DNA from: the human T2T-CHM13v2.0 reference genome, Homo sapiens
Length of the DNA stretch: 64,000 nt
NCBI RefSeq assembly: GCF_009914755.1
Contig: NC_060944.1
Reading direction: 5' to 3' (one strand)
In this document: piece after piece, positions 46,390 to 60,979 of the stretch
Position numbering within the stretch: the first letter of the stretch is position 1
Layout: each line of letters begins with the position of its first letter
Notes under the pieces: generated by a model
What the model was told of the DNA's origin: nothing
What the model saw: only the letters and a program-made list of their open reading frames with translations
Databases searched by the model: none
Made by a program: the position numbers and the translations under genes

Positions 46390-47235
46390 GTATTTTTAAA
46401 TGATTTTAAATCATTTTAGACTTACTTACAGAAAAGGTATAAAAATAATACAGAATACCTGTACTATTCACACAGATTTCCTGTAATGCCAAAATCTTAT
46501 GTAATCATAGTACAGTGATCAAAACCAAGAAATCAACATTGGTTCAATACTATTAACTAAGCCAAGACTTAATTTAAATTTCACTTGTCTTTCTAAAAAT
46601 GTCCTTTTAAAAAAGGACTATTCTGTGTTCCAATCCAGAATCTCACTTTGCATGTGCAGTTGACTCCAGAACGACATGGTTTTGAACTGCATAGGTTTAC
46701 TTATAAGTGGATTTTCTCCTGCCTAGGATACTCCTGAGATAGCAAGTCCAACCTCTCTCCCCTTCCTCCTCCTCCTCAGCCTACTCAATGTGAAGACGAT
46801 GAGGTTGAAGACTTTTATGATGATCCACTTCTGCTTAATGAATAGTAAATATTCATTTACTATTTTCTCTTCCTTATGATTTTCTTAATAACATTTTCAT
46901 TTCTCTAGCTCATTGTAAGAATACAGTATAAATGAAACATACAAAATAATGTGTTCATCAACTGTTTATGGTGTCAGCAAGGCTTCCTGCCAACAGTAGG
47001 CTATTAGTACTTAAGATCTGCAGGAGTTAAAAGTTGTACCTGGATTTTCTACTATGCAGGGGGATGGCACTCCTAACCCCCGTGCTATCCAAGGCCAGGT
47101 CTAATTGTTGTGTTTCTGCAGTCCCCTGCAAGTTGTAATGCTTCTGCAGTCTTTTTTCTCAAGCTCTTGACGTTCATGATGAGCACTCATCAATCATTTT
47201 GTGGAATGTCCCACAGTTTGGTTTGTCTAAGGTTA
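46390..47235 (-). mobile_element. L1MC/ME 3' end interrupted by Tigger2a
   Basis: aatcattttagactt..cagaaaagg..catagtacagtgatcaaaaccaagaaatcaacattggttcaatactattaact; resumes after 47100 with ttttgtggaatgtccc. Confidence 0.65.
46657..47102 (+). mobile_element. Tigger2a (TcMar-Tigger) DNA transposon
   Basis: cagttgactccagaacgacatggttttgaactgc...cctcctcctcagcctactcaatgtgaagacgatgagg..gatgatccactt ... ctaacccccgtgctatccaagg. Confidence 0.85.
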
Positions 47236-47279
47236 TGTGAGCCTGTCTGTAATTTCCCACAATGGAAGTAATTATTCTC

Positions 47280-47450
47280 TCTCTGTGCTCCCACCACACT
47301 TGGTCACTCCTCATGTCCATGCTTCCTCTACCATGGTATTACCGAGGAGCAAGACTGCATTTTACTCTCTGGGACTCTGTAATGCATAAAACCTTCTTAA
47401 CATTCAATATATGCCAGTAAAGTCACTGAATAAATGAATAAATGAATGAT
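47280..47450 (+). mobile_element. L2 3' end
   Basis: ctctctgtgctccc ... terminal tgaataaatgaataaatgaatga repeats typical of the L2 tail. Confidence 0.55.
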
Positions 47451-49736
47451 GAGCACAAAGAAAAAAATGATCAATCTTTAGGCAATTTTTAAAAAACTAA
47501 TTTTTTAAATAGGAAGCAGATTATTCAAAAAAGGGACCAGTCCCTAGAAGGCCAAGGTAGCAGTTGCCTCCTATCAGCCTCGCTCAGAAAAATGAAATAC
47601 CAAGAAGGGAAGGCTTCAGTAAATGGAAATAATGAACTGCCAGTGACTTGAAACGCTGTCCTCTGAGAGTCAGAGCATGTCTCTGGTCAGATGTTTCAGT
47701 GCCCTTCATTCCCCACTTGAGCCTCTATCACCATGCGTCCTCATGGGAAAAATGAGTGACAGTACCCTGTTAAGTTAGTGCTTCTCAGGAGAAGCAAGCC
47801 TTTTTGCAGGCACTTCAGTTGATTGCTGCTCATGCATATGACATGCAATAGCCTGGCACTATTCAGACATAAAGAACAGAAAGCCTGAACACTTCACCGC
47901 AACCCCCAAGAAATAAATGTCATATAATTAAGTACTTCTCTCTTGCTTCAAGGGGGCATCTTTAATTTTTTATTTTGCAGGCAAGAGTTTATGCAAAAAA
48001 GAAAGTGATGAGAGAAGACAGGTCATTCTTAGAATGACCTATTGATATAATGTGAGATATCTATTCAATAAATATTTGTCACGTGTCTACATGTGAAAGA
48101 TGATTTTGGAAAGGGCAAAGAATCACCAGGGAATTGGAGCTAGGATGTGTTTCTGGAACTGTGTTTGCTTAGGGAAATGTGATTAGTAATTCCCAGAACA
48201 CTTTGATCCTCTGTTGTCACTGTTCAGCCCCAAACTGTCTGTGTTTTGCACAGCTTGTGTAACACACACACTGCTCCGCTTCTTCAGGCGCCCCACGCTT
48301 TATGCCATGTCAGGTCAGATAAGGAGACAGCTCCACCCCAGTGCCATTATCTTAGGTCTCTCTGGAAACGTGTCCACAGAATTGGGATTTACTCTGTGCT
48401 CTTGTCTTTCATCGAGCTTGACTTTCAAAATGGTTATCGACCAGCTGTTTGTATGTCATTCTATTTCATTTGAAGATCCAAAGGAAAGTGACTTCTAAGA
48501 GATGAAACGCTTGGGGAAAACTTTTACTTTCCTGACAAAGTGGTAGACTGGTTTTTTAAATAAAGGAAACTGGGCAACCCATTTTTCCCTTTCTATTTGA
48601 TCTTATGAGATTTTTAATTACATTTCATGTTCAATAGTACAACTGACTGGAGGGCTCATATTTTTGGTACAATTTATCTTCATCATTGCCTGTCCCCGAA
48701 TCACCACCACCAAAAATAATGGCTTCAATATTTCTTAAAAACTTATCTTAACAGTATCATTGTCCACATTCTTTTGTTGTTATTGCCATTAGGCTGCTTC
48801 TAGTCTTTTCTGGAAGTAAGTAGCATAAATAAATTTATAAATACATACATGTACACACATACATACATACATATATACTTCTAATTATCATGGAGGCAGG
48901 AAATAACGAAGAATCAGACACAAAGTTGATTTTTGTTGTTGACAAAGCACAGACAGTGAATCGAAAATTTGTTTCTGAAGAATTTTAGAAAGCAGCATTC
49001 TCTGAACTCACATGAAAATGACTCTGTAAACTTTTTCTGCTATAAAAATGAAGGGAGGCTTTCAAATTCTGACCCAGGTTTTCAGATCAAGACATTCTTC
49101 GCTGAGAACTAAGTGTAAAATACCTCCAGGAACAGTATAATCATATTAGCCTAGAAAAATAAGGAATTTCCAGGTGTAGAAACTGATGATAGGATTGTTT
49201 TACACTTAGTTTGTCAGAATCCAGCTGAAAAATGACTGTAAAGGAATGTGCATGCTTATAAACTAAAAAAAGTTGTTTCGCTTAACTCTGATGAAATTTA
49301 GTTTACTAGGAGGCTGTGCTCCCTGAAGAAGTTGTGAAATCTTCTAATACCCTATTTCTTCAGAAACAGCCTTCCAGACATTAATAGGGAATGCATTTAC
49401 TATTCTGGTTTGAGACCCAAAGCTACTCAAAATCTATGCAGAAACCCACAAGGGCCCTTCACACTCCCGAGTCCTCAAGGAGATGAAATATTATGTACAA
49501 GTTTGCATCCTAGTAAGATGAACAAGGAAACCTGCCCCATGAAAAAGACCACCGACAGAATGTAATCAAACAATAATAAAAGCTTAAATAATCACAATAT
49601 AAACACTACTATTAACAAATAGCTCGTCTATAAAATATACAGTGATAAATTTCATTTTCCTCCAGATTTCCTCAAGTGTATTCCCGGGAAAACAAAGTAT
49701 TTCTCTTATCTCAAATAAGGCATAAGCATGTTGAAC

Positions 49737-50022
<286 letters not shown>

Positions 50023-51254
50023 CGTGGACTTGCGGTGAGCCTGGCTGTTGCGCTGTCTGTGCTAGGAACAGTCTCACTGCTGTTCTGTTGAACATGGTGT
50101 CACTGTAATTTACGATAAATATCCTTTATCATGTTGAGGGCATTCCTTTCTGCTTTCTGGTATGTATTATTATGAGAAATAAATATTGAATGTATTATAT
50201 GATTTCTCAAAATTCTTTAAAAAAATTTCCTCTTTATCCTCTTGATGAATTGCGGTAGGTTAAACAGAAGTTAAACATTGACCCTGCCTCTTTTTCCTGA
50301 AAGAAACTCTATTTGATTAAAATATGATTCTTTTCATATAATGCTAGTTTTGATGTACTAGTATTCTATTTATTGTTTTTGCCTTTGTATTCATATGTGA
50401 AACTAGCTTTTAGTTTTCTGTTTTGGGGGGAATTAGTTTGTTCAGGTTTCACTGTTAGTTCATATGCTCATAAAATGAATAGTTCCAGAGCAGTTTATCA
50501 TGTAAAGAAATAATCTATTCCCAGATAAAACTTTTCTATAAAACGATCTAGACATGGAACCTTTTGAAGAAATAGATTTGGACACTTTTCAGCCTTTGCT
50601 ACAGTGATTGATCTGTGTACTTTTTAGCTTCTTGTTGGGTAAAATTTTGGTAATTTATGATTTCCTAAAGAAGCATTAAATTCTTGTGAATTTTAAAACG
50701 TTCCGGATGACATTTATATAAAATATTCTTTTAAAGAATACTTTATATCTACCCTCACATTTATTTTCTGCTTTGTGGTGTTGTCTGTTGTGCTGTCCAT
50801 ATTTTTCCTAAAGAGATGTGTAAGAGGCTGATTTATTTATTGGTCTTTCCTGGAAAGAGGATTTGGATTCATTTATCAGTTCTACTGTTTGCTTATGTGG
50901 GTATTTTTGGTGATTTTAAGTTAGGTAATGACTACTTGGTGTTTATAAATTCTTTCCTCTAACTTCCTTTGGTTCATTTTGTTGTACAATTCTTCATTCT
51001 TAAGCAACTTTTGGTTAATATATTTTTAAACATTTCTCCTCATTAACAAAAATATTGAATGCTATGGGTTTTCTTTATAATTTTGGACCAACATATAGTG
51101 TTCTCATTGTCTTTAACTTCTAACAAAGCCATAATTTTAGTTGTCATGTCTAGCTTAACCTAAGGTTTTTTTTTAAGTTATTATTTTTAACTTGGGGTGG
51201 TTATATTGGTGATAGAGGAAGGGGACACGGGAAATTTTACTTTTATTTTCTAAT

Positions 51255-51633
51255 TGTATTAGTCAAGGTTCTCCAGAGAAACAGAACCAATCGGCCTGAG
51301 AACAAAGAGAGTTCAGGTTGCAAGTTCCAGTCTGAGTCCAAAGGCCAGAACCAGGAGAGCTGATGGCATCAGTCCCAGACCAAGAGCCGGAGGAAGCCAG
51401 TATCCCAGCGCAAGCAGCCAGGCAGACAGAACAAACTCCTTCCCCGGCCTTTTTGTTCTATTTGGGTTCTCTGTGGTTGGACTGGAAGATGCACACCCTT
51501 ATTGGGTAGGGCAATCTTCTCTACTCAGTCTATCAATTCAAATGTGAGTCTCATCTAGAAACTCCCTCTCAGATATACCCAGAAATAAAACCCCATGGCC
51601 CAGTTCAGTTGACACATAAAGTTAACTATTACA
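51255..51633 (-). mobile_element. ERVL solo LTR (MLT2 family)
   Basis: tgtattagtcaaggttctccagagaaacagaaccaat ... gttgacacataaagttaactattaca; 5-bp TSD ctaat/ctagt. Confidence 0.88.
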
Positions 51634-52137
51634 CTAGTTTAATTGCACTGTGATTAGAGAATACCACTCTTTGAGGCTTTCTTGAAATTTCCTTTGGCTC
51701 TAAAACATGATCAATTTTTGCCAATGTTTCATGAGCATTTGCAAAATGTATTCTCTCATCAGCAAAAATGCTAAAAGTATCTCTTAAATAAAGTATGCTA
51801 ATGCAGTTTTTAAGTGATCTGCATTTTTATTTATATTTAGCAATATGTTTGGCCACTCCTGCAAGGAGTTTGTTAAACACTGTGCCTCTATCTTGTTTTT
51901 ATGAGGTTCTTACATTTCTAACAGTCATTGCTGCAGATGCGTCACTGACATTTATACATGCACTTATACATAAACATTCAAGAGCTTTTCATTCTCTCGG
52001 TAGATTTTACCTTTGACTTTAAATGATACCTCATGTGATATCAATATTGATGTTGCTGCTTTCTTTTTGTGGTATTTTCTTTGTCCATCCTTTAAATTTC
52101 TTTGTTCAATTTCTAAACTTATTTCTATCTAAAAATA

Positions 52138-52310
52138 ATATAGTGGTTAACAGTGAGGCCTCTGGAATCTAATTATCCAATTCCCCAGCTCCAGGGTATT
52201 ACTGTGGCCACTTTTCCATCTGACTGTGTCCCTGTTGAGACAGTGTATGTGAAAGTGTGTGGGAAAATGCCTAGTGTATAGTATGCACTGAATACATTTT
52301 ACCTGTCATT
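52138..52310 (+). mobile_element. MIR SINE
   Basis: atagtggttaacagtgaggcctctggaatc ... tatgtgaaagtg..aatgcctagtgtatagtatgcactgaata. Confidence 0.65.
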
Positions 52311-53255
52311 CTTTTTATTACTTTTAATTTATATTATAAATAGCAAAGCTTTTTTCTTACAGTGAAGCATTAGATTTTACTTTTTATGTATACTCTGAGT
52401 ATCTATATACATTTTAATAGGGTGTTTTTAAAGCCATTCAAATTTATTTCCTCTAAAAATATTTGAGGTTCTATATCTTCCACTTTTTTACACTTCCTAC
52501 TCACTCTGATTTCTTACTGTCTCATTTTGTTTCTTTCCCTTATTTTTGGAATTCTATTTTTTATTCCATTTCAAAGATGTCATTAATTTATTTTTTTCAG
52601 GGCCCAATGTTTTAGGCTCAGTAGATCATTTCTTTTCAGAAACATGAGGCTTGCTTGGCAGGCAAAAGAAATCTGTTAGCTCTTCCTGGGTGACCAGCAC
52701 TGAGCTAGACATGGTAGTGGGGAGGAATATAAAACAAGTACAAGATACAAATCTTGCTGTAAGGCAGCTTAAAATCTAGTAAAGAACTTATAGGAAAAAT
52801 AAAATGCAGCAAATAATAAGACATAAACTAGGTTTCCGTTAAGTGTTCTTGGAATTCAGAAGAAAGATGGAAAAGCAGTGACTGAGCTACCCTCAGAAGA
52901 GCCAGGAGGGTTTGGATGCTGCAACACAACATAGCCATGTATCCGTGTGACTGCCCAGTGGGGAGCTGGTTTCCAACCTGGACTCTAAAATCAACAAATG
53001 ATATCTTCCACTAAACCAAAAGGGAGGCTCAGCACCCACTCAGTACCCCTCCATCCTGCCATCCTTGTCCTGTTTCTTATCTTGGAGAAAAAAAACTTCA
53101 GACTTTCATTGCTGAGTATTATTTTAGCTGTGGGCTTTTCATATATGGCCTTAATTATGTTCAAGTAGTTTCTATTTCTAGTTTGTTGAGTTATTTAATC
53201 ATGAAAAAATGTTGAATTTTGTCAAATGCTTTTTCTGCATCAAGTAAGATAATAA

Positions 53256-53567
<312 letters not shown>

Positions 53568-56500
53568 AATTGTGTGTTTTTTCCCTTCGTTCTGTTAATG
53601 TGGTGTATTACCTCAGTTAATTTTCATATATTGAACCATCCTTGCACATAGGAGTAAATTCCACTTGCTCATGGTGTACAGTCTTTTGAATGGGTTGTTG
53701 AATTTGGTTTTCTGGTATTTTGTTGAGGATTTTTGCATCACTATGGATAAGGGATACTGATGTGTACTTTCCTTTTCTGCTTGTATCTTTGTTTAGCTTT
53801 GGTATCAGGGTAATGCTGGCCTTATAAAATGAGGTTGGAAGTGTTTTCTCCTCTTCAATTTTTTGGAGGAGTTTGAGGCACTTTGGTGTTTGTTCTTCTT
53901 TAAATGTTTGTCAGGATTCACTAGTGAAACCATCTGGTCATGAACTTTTCTTTGTGTAGAGGTTTTTGATTTCTGATTCAATCTCTTTCCTGTTTATATA
54001 TCTGTTCAGATTTTCTGTTTTTGCTTTATTCAGCCATCGTTAAGTTGTTTCTAGGAATTTATAATTTTAAGTAGATTATCCAATTAAGTGATACACAATT
54101 GTTCATCACATTCTCTTATAATTTTCTAAGATTTCTGTAAAATTAGTTGGACTTTCCCCTATTTTATTTCTGATTTCAATTGTTTGAGTCCTGTTTTTTT
54201 TTCTTAAACAATATAACCAAAGCTATGTCCTTTTTGTTGATCTTTACAAGGAATCAATCTTTACAAAGAAGCAATTTTTCTGAATTGCTTTTTTATTCTC
54301 TACTTTGTTTATCTCTTATAATCTATTTTTTTCTTCCACTAGCTTTGGATTTAGTTTTGCTTTCTTTTTCTAGTACTTTAAGGCATAAAGTTAGATTATT
54401 AATTTGAGATCTTATTTTTTATATATGGGAATTAACTGCGATAAATCTTCCTCCTCGGCACTGCTTTTGCTACATCCCATAAATTTTGTTCTATTGCGCT
54501 TTTATTTTTATTTGCCTCAAGATATTTCCTACTTTCTGTTGTTACTTCTTCTTTGACTCATTGGTTATTTAAGATTGTATTGTTTGATTTCCACAAATTA
54601 ATGATTTTTTGCTTTCTTTTTCTTAGTTTCAATGCAATCAGAAAAGATACATTGCATGATTTCATTATTTTTCAATTTATTTGTATTGTTTTGTGACCTA
54701 ACATATGGTCTATCCTGGAGAATAGAATATTCCACATGCATTTGAAAAAATGTGTCTTCTGCTGTCATTAGGTGGACTGTGATACCTATCTCTGTTAGGT
54801 ACCATTGCTGTATATGTTGTTCGAGTCCTCTATTTCCTTACTGATCTTCTGTCTGGTGGACTTTTTCCATTATTGAAAGTAGGAGTATTGAAGCCTCCTA
54901 CCATTATCATTGAGCTATCTATTTCTACCTCCAATTCTGTCAGCGTTTGCTTCGTATATTTAGGACTTCTGATATTTGCTGCATACACACATGCACTCAT
55001 GCGCATGCACACACACACAGGCACACTTCTAATTGTTATATCTTCTTGGAGAATTGACCCTATTATCATTATATAATTTCCTTTGTCTCTTGCAATAGTT
55101 TTTGACTTAAAGTCTGTTTTATCTGCTATCAGTATAACCACCCCAGCTCTCTTCTGGTTAATATGTTCATGGAATTTTTTTTTCTATTTTTTTTACTTTC
55201 AACATATATATGTCCTTAGATGTAAAGTAAATTGCTTATTAAAAACATATATTTGGATATCCTCTTTTATAATCCGTTCTGTCAATCTATAACTTTTGGT
55301 TACCATGGGGATTACATAAAACATCTTAAGTTGTAACCACCTATTTTAAACTGACAAGAACTTAACTACAATCACATATAAAAATTCTACTCCGTTACAG
55401 TTCTGTCCCCGCTTCATGTTATTGATGTTACAAATTACATTGTTATATATTGTGTACCCATTAACATAGATTTATACTTATTTTTATGATTTTGTCTTTT
55501 AAATCATATAAAATAATTAAAAGCAGAGTTACAAACCAAAATTATAATAATATAGGTTTTTCTATGTGTTTATATATTTATTATACCTTTACCCGAGATC
55601 TTCAAATGTTCCTATAACTTTTAGTTATGATCTGGCATCATTTTGTTACAATTTGAAGGATTTCCCTTAAAAAATCTTGTAGGGTGGCCTAGTAGTAATT
55701 AAATCCTCCAGTTTTTGTTTATGTGGGAATGTCTTAATTTCTCCCTTATTTTAAGGAATGATGTTGCCAGATATATTATTTACTTTGTTCCTTTCTTGGT
55801 TGGCATTTTCCTCCTTTCAACACTTTAAATATATCATCTCAATGCCTTCCGACCTGCAAAGTTTCTGGTAAGAAATTATCTCGTAATCTTTTAGGGGCTC
55901 CCTTTTATATAATGAGCCACTTTTCTCCTGCTGCTTTGAAAATTCTTTGTCTTTGACTTTCTGCTATTTGATTATAACGTGTTTCAGGGTGGATCTCTTT
56001 GGATTTGTCTAAAAAAGTTCATTGAGCTTCTTATATTTGTGTATCAATTTATGTACTTGAATTTGGGAATTTTTCAGCTATTATTTCTTCAAACAAAATT
56101 TCTGCCCCTTTCCTTCTTCTCCTTCCTTGATCTCCAAAATGCATATATTGGTCGGCTTGATGGTGTTCCACAAATCCCTTAGCCCCTGTTTACTTTTCTT
56201 TATTATTTTTTCTTTTTGCTTCCCCAACTTAATAATTTCAAATGACCTGTTTTCAAGTTCACTTATTACTTCTGCCTGTTTGTCTGCTGTCAAACTCTTC
56301 TAGCAGATTTTCCAATTCAGTTATTGTATCTATCAGCTCCAGAATTACTGTTTTTTTTTAATTTCTACCTTTTTGAATTCTGTTTATATATCGTTTTCCT
56401 GATTTTGCTTAATCTTCTGTGTTCTACTTCAGCTCATTGCACATATTTAAGATGGTTGTTCGAAAATCTTTTTAAAGTAGGCCAGAGGCTCATGTTTCTT

Positions 56501-56747
56501 TAGGATCAGTCTCTGGAGATTTGCTTTGTTCCTTTCAATTGGCTGTGTTTTCTCTCTTTTTGTATGCCTTGTAAACATTTGTTGGAAATTGGGCATTTGA
56601 AAAACAGCCACCACTGCCAGTCTTTGTGGACTTGCTCTGTGCAGGGAAAGACCTTCACTAACCAGCCTGGTATGAATGCTAAGGGGCCTCTCCAACTTTT
56701 GCTTGGGATGCATATTCTTTTTTGTGTGCTTTTGTTTCAGTGCTCTG

Positions 56748-56800
56748 ATATATATACATATGTGTGTGTGTGTGTGTGTGTGTGTGTTTGTGTGTGTATG
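56748..56800. repeat. (TA)n-(TG)n microsatellite
   Basis: atatatatacatatgtgtgtgtgtgtgtgtgtgtgtgtgtttgtgtgtgtatg. Confidence 0.92.
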
Positions 56801-58179
56801 TCTGCTTTAAAGTCAATTTCCTAAATATTCTCACTCCTGCTTCTTCTTGGATCCTTAGGTGCTGTGTTGATCTGCATCTCTTGCACTCAAGTGCCTATGG
56901 GCCTGAAGTTCCCCTTGAGCTCTCTCATGCCATATAGCACCTTCTACTGCTTCCAACAGCCTCCAACCTAATATCCAAATTATGCCACAGTTCCCATCAA
57001 TGCCTTGAGACAAGAGCCAAAAACCAGTCCATCAAACAGTCCTTAAACAAGCCAGAATGTTTTGAGAAAGTTTCATTTCTTTCCTTACATCTCAAGGAAG
57101 GAGCTGGGAATTGCATGTTCTGATGACACCCTGTGGGGGAGCAGGTGGGGGAGCAGCTGAGCAAAATGTCACAAAATTTCCTACCATTATGAGGGTGATT
57201 TTTCATTGGTTAGGTGTTTGCTTGGTTGCTGCAGCTGCTTAACTGGTTTCTAGAGTTCTCACAAAAGTATTTTGCTAGGTACATTATTATTATTTGTTGT
57301 TTCCATGGGAAAATGAGGGCATGAGGCTTCCTAGTCTACCATCTTGCCAATGTCACTCTGAGATAATTCTTTCAGAAATGTGTGAAATTACATTGCATAA
57401 CTTTCTCAATGACTCTTCTCAGATTTACTGAGGTCTACATAAAGTTCCAAGTAAAAGAAACTCTTTCCAAATATAACAGCAGACTTATTCTAATCTGAAT
57501 GGAACACTATCTTACTTATGCCTCAAATGAATAAAACCAATCAAGAGTTATAAGAACACTGATTTTTATCAAGACCAATTTGTAGGAGTTTTCTGACAAA
57601 ATTCTACAGTCTGGTTCAGATACATAGTTGATAGAGACATTTCACTTCAGATCTTAAGATTTTTGTTGTTGTTGGGCTAAGCAGGGATCTCATCATACCC
57701 AGTGCTTCCTTATATTCCTGGGTACTTTAACATTTCCATTGATTTCTGTTTCTCACAAAAACTTCTTGAATTTAGCAATATCTCAAAGGACATAAACAGA
57801 AATCTGGCTCAGTGTTAAAGTGGGTCTGTATTTTTTTATTTACATTTTTCTTTCTTTTGGAAGGCAGCTCTTTCACAGGTTTTATCTCTCCCACTGCTCT
57901 TACATAAAACTTTTGTAAAAGGTCAATTTTTTTAGATCACCCAGAAGTCCAGGCACATCCCCTTCAGACTGCTTAGAGTAACTGGTTTTGCCCTTGGCTT
58001 AGTAAATGCCTCATACCTCTCCACCTTCTGCATCTCCTCAGACATTTACTATGAGAATCAAAATGAAATGTGTGTGTGGGTCTCTCTCTCTGCCTGCTTG
58101 TTTCTCTGCCTTGGTAAGACACTGGAGCATTAACTCAAACTAAAAAACTTACTTGCTGTCTTTAAATGGGCTTAAAATT

Positions 58180-58640
58180 AACTCTGAGACAAGGACTAAA
58201 GAGTAAGCAGTTCATTTGGGAGGTGACTCTAGGAAATACCCACAGGGAAACAGGTAAGTGAATTAGAGAAGGAGAAGCAGCCAGCAAAATGGCACATTAT
58301 TGAGCAAGTTACTGCTACAGGCAACTGCAGCTCCATCCCCTGGAGCCATCTGGGAAAGCAGATAGAATACTCCTCAGAGTTGTCCGATCCTGGGTTCGGG
58401 GAAGCGATGGCATTTATCCACCAGCTTCTCTCAGTCATTGACTGAGGGAATCCTTCTCCTGAAGGATATTAACTCCCAGCATTTCTGGCCCTTCCCATGG
58501 GAAAGCAGGCTTAGGTAACTAGAGATGACCTTCAGACCAAGAGTCGTGAATACCTACAGTTGGCATCCTTAGCATCTGGGCTGCACAATGTGAAGTGATG
58601 AGTTTGGAAGGACGCAGGGGGTACCAATCATTCCTGCTAC
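58180..58640 (-). mobile_element. LTR33/LTR16-family LTR
   Basis: ctctgagacaaggact..gtaagcagttcatttgggaggtgac ... ggcaactgcagctccatcccc ... gcatttatccaccagct..cagtcattgactgaggg ... ctgctaca. Confidence 0.78.
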
Positions 58641-60439
58641 ATACACTCCTTCTATACCTCCCTCTATCTGTGGAAAAAATGACAAGATCTCTACCTTCCT
58701 TGGTGTTCTCCAGATATACAGTCTGAGGGGCCCTATGAGCAAAGGAGATTATGATTTGGGCAATAAAAAAAATCTTCCAGTTGACCTTTTATGTTAGCCA
58801 AAGGCATTTACAAGAGAATAAATTGTTATTCACAGAGAAAGATCTGTTTTCTACTGACCTTAAGGTGTGGCCCTGCATACGAATGAATGAATCCACTGTT
58901 AAAGTAATAAAATGTCTCAGACTATTTGAAGCCTTGTCGATGTGACCTACACAAATTTTTTAAGTGTACTGATATTACTGAAGCAGCAGCAACAAGAGAA
59001 GGGACGTTTTCCACATCAAAATGCAATGTACTTGGAATGCAATGTAATATACTTGGAACACATGTTAGATCTGAAGGTATTTATAAATACAAGCACTCCA
59101 CTTTCTTCTCAACTCTTCTACCCACCTCCAGAAACAATTGTGGTGATGGATGTGCTTCCATTAGCTAGAAATATGCTTTTAACTTATTTCAGGGAAGAAA
59201 AATTGAGACAAGTTGAAATAACTGAAAAAGTTGCAGGCATGTAATCATCTCTCTAAATACAATGGCAGCCTCTTGGTGTATCTGATATTTTGTGGCAAAA
59301 TAAAGTGCTTGATCTGAGAACTAAAGTTGGAAAGATATTTACAGTTAAGATACCATGGTCATTTAAAGATATTATGAAAACATGGTATTATAGGCATAAG
59401 AGTATTAAATTGAGTATTTGCTTTTTAATAAAGAACTCTTTGCTTATTGCTCCTAGGCAGATTTTGGCACCACAAAAGCCAAAACAAGTTTTAGCTTCTT
59501 TCCAATTCCTTATCCCTGACTCTATGCCAAAATCCCTCTCTCAAGGACTCTGCACAAAGCAAGCTCAGAGGTCTTTAATTTAACTTCGGTTGAAGTGAAG
59601 GATGCCAGTGTTGTATTGCCTCTGCTTCTGTGTGTGTTAAGCAGGAAAGATGAGAACATATGCACACCTCCTACAGTGAGAAGCACAGGTGTGTGTGGTG
59701 TCCTGCACTGCTCTCTAGCCCCACAGAAGACATCGCCAACTGATCTGGGCTCTTGATCTCAACAAGCCTTGGTGCTGGCTCAGAATTCTCCTTACAGAGT
59801 GATATACTTCCTCAAAATGAGACCTAGCTGGCCTTCCATTTATATCCATGTCCTGGATCAACAAGAAAAAGCAAACAGCCACAAGTACCGAGCCCTCTTC
59901 CAGATAAAAGGGTTCTGTCCTCCAAAAACAGGAAGACGCCCTGCTTACATGTAAGATACACTCAGCTGACTGCCTTCCAATCATGGGTACTGAGAAAAAG
60001 GGTTTTATGGAACACAACCACATCCATTCAGAAAACATCCATTGAGGACCTACTGTGTGCCAGAGAGAGTGACTGGTACAAAAGATAAGTGATGTATGCC
60101 CAAGCTTTGTCTCAGAGATCCCACAGCCTAGGAGGAAAGAACAAGTCATAGAGGCAGACAGGTCAGCGGAGTAAGAAGGGCACACAGGCAGGGCCAGAGA
60201 GTGGCCCAAAGGCAGATCCTCGCAGCCTGAACCTTGTCTCTGGTGCTTGCTAACTGTTTGGCCTCAGAATATAACTTAGTCTTCTAATCCTCACGGTTTT
60301 TAAAAATGTATGTTGTGGGAATGATACTCTCTACCAGCTATGGAGGGCCACGAAGACTAAATGAATTAAGCAGAATGCCAGTCACTTGTGCAAAGTAAAT
60401 GCACTTATTAATGGAGAAAAATAATTGGATGAGTTATCT

Positions 60440-60954
60440 ATATTTCTAGAACAAGTTACCACAAATGCAGTGCCTTTAAGCTACACACATTTATCACCTT
60501 ACAGTTTCTGTAGATCAGAAATCAAGCCATGGCAGATCTGGGTCTTGTGCACAACTGGTCCTTGTGCTTCTCTCCCAGGTTTCAATCCAGGTATCTTCAG
60601 CCAGGGTTGGGGCTTCATCTGAAGGTTCATCCAGGGAGGTATCTACTGCCAAGCTCAGGGGTTGCTGGGAGAATTCAGTTCCTTGAGGGCTGGACTGAGG
60701 GCCTCAGTTCCTGCTGGCCGTGGGCTGCAGGCCCCCCTCATTTCCTTTTCGCATGGGCTTCCAGTACAATAGGGAGAGTCTGTGAGCCAGAGAGAAGTCC
60801 CAGGCATTTGTAATCTCCTCACAGAAGGGATGGCCCATCACCATTGTTGTGGTTTTTGGTCAGAATCAAGTCACAGGGGCCCACACTCGAAAGGGGGAAA
60901 TTACTCAAGGGCATGAAAAGCAGGGGGCAGCAGGAATTGAGGGTCTCCTGTCAC
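60440..60954 (-). mobile_element. MaLR LTR (MLT1 family)
   Basis: agttaccacaaatgcagtg..cacacatttatcaccttacagtttctgtagatcagaa ... gttgctgggagaattcagttccttg ... ctgtcaca. Confidence 0.8.
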
Positions 60955-60979
60955 AAACACATCTGAAATATAATATGGT

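Larger units (their letters stand above)
50085..52600 (-). mobile_element. Very degenerate L1M ORF2 (T-rich), interrupted by MLT2 and MIR
   Basis: cctttatcatgttgaggg, tttttgcctttgtattcatatgtga, ttaattgcactgtgattagaga; T-rich bias. Confidence 0.6.

Noticed and set aside
59715-60209. 164-aa minus-strand ORF
   Set aside because: Non-ATG start, overlaps an L2 tail, and has no recognisable homology.
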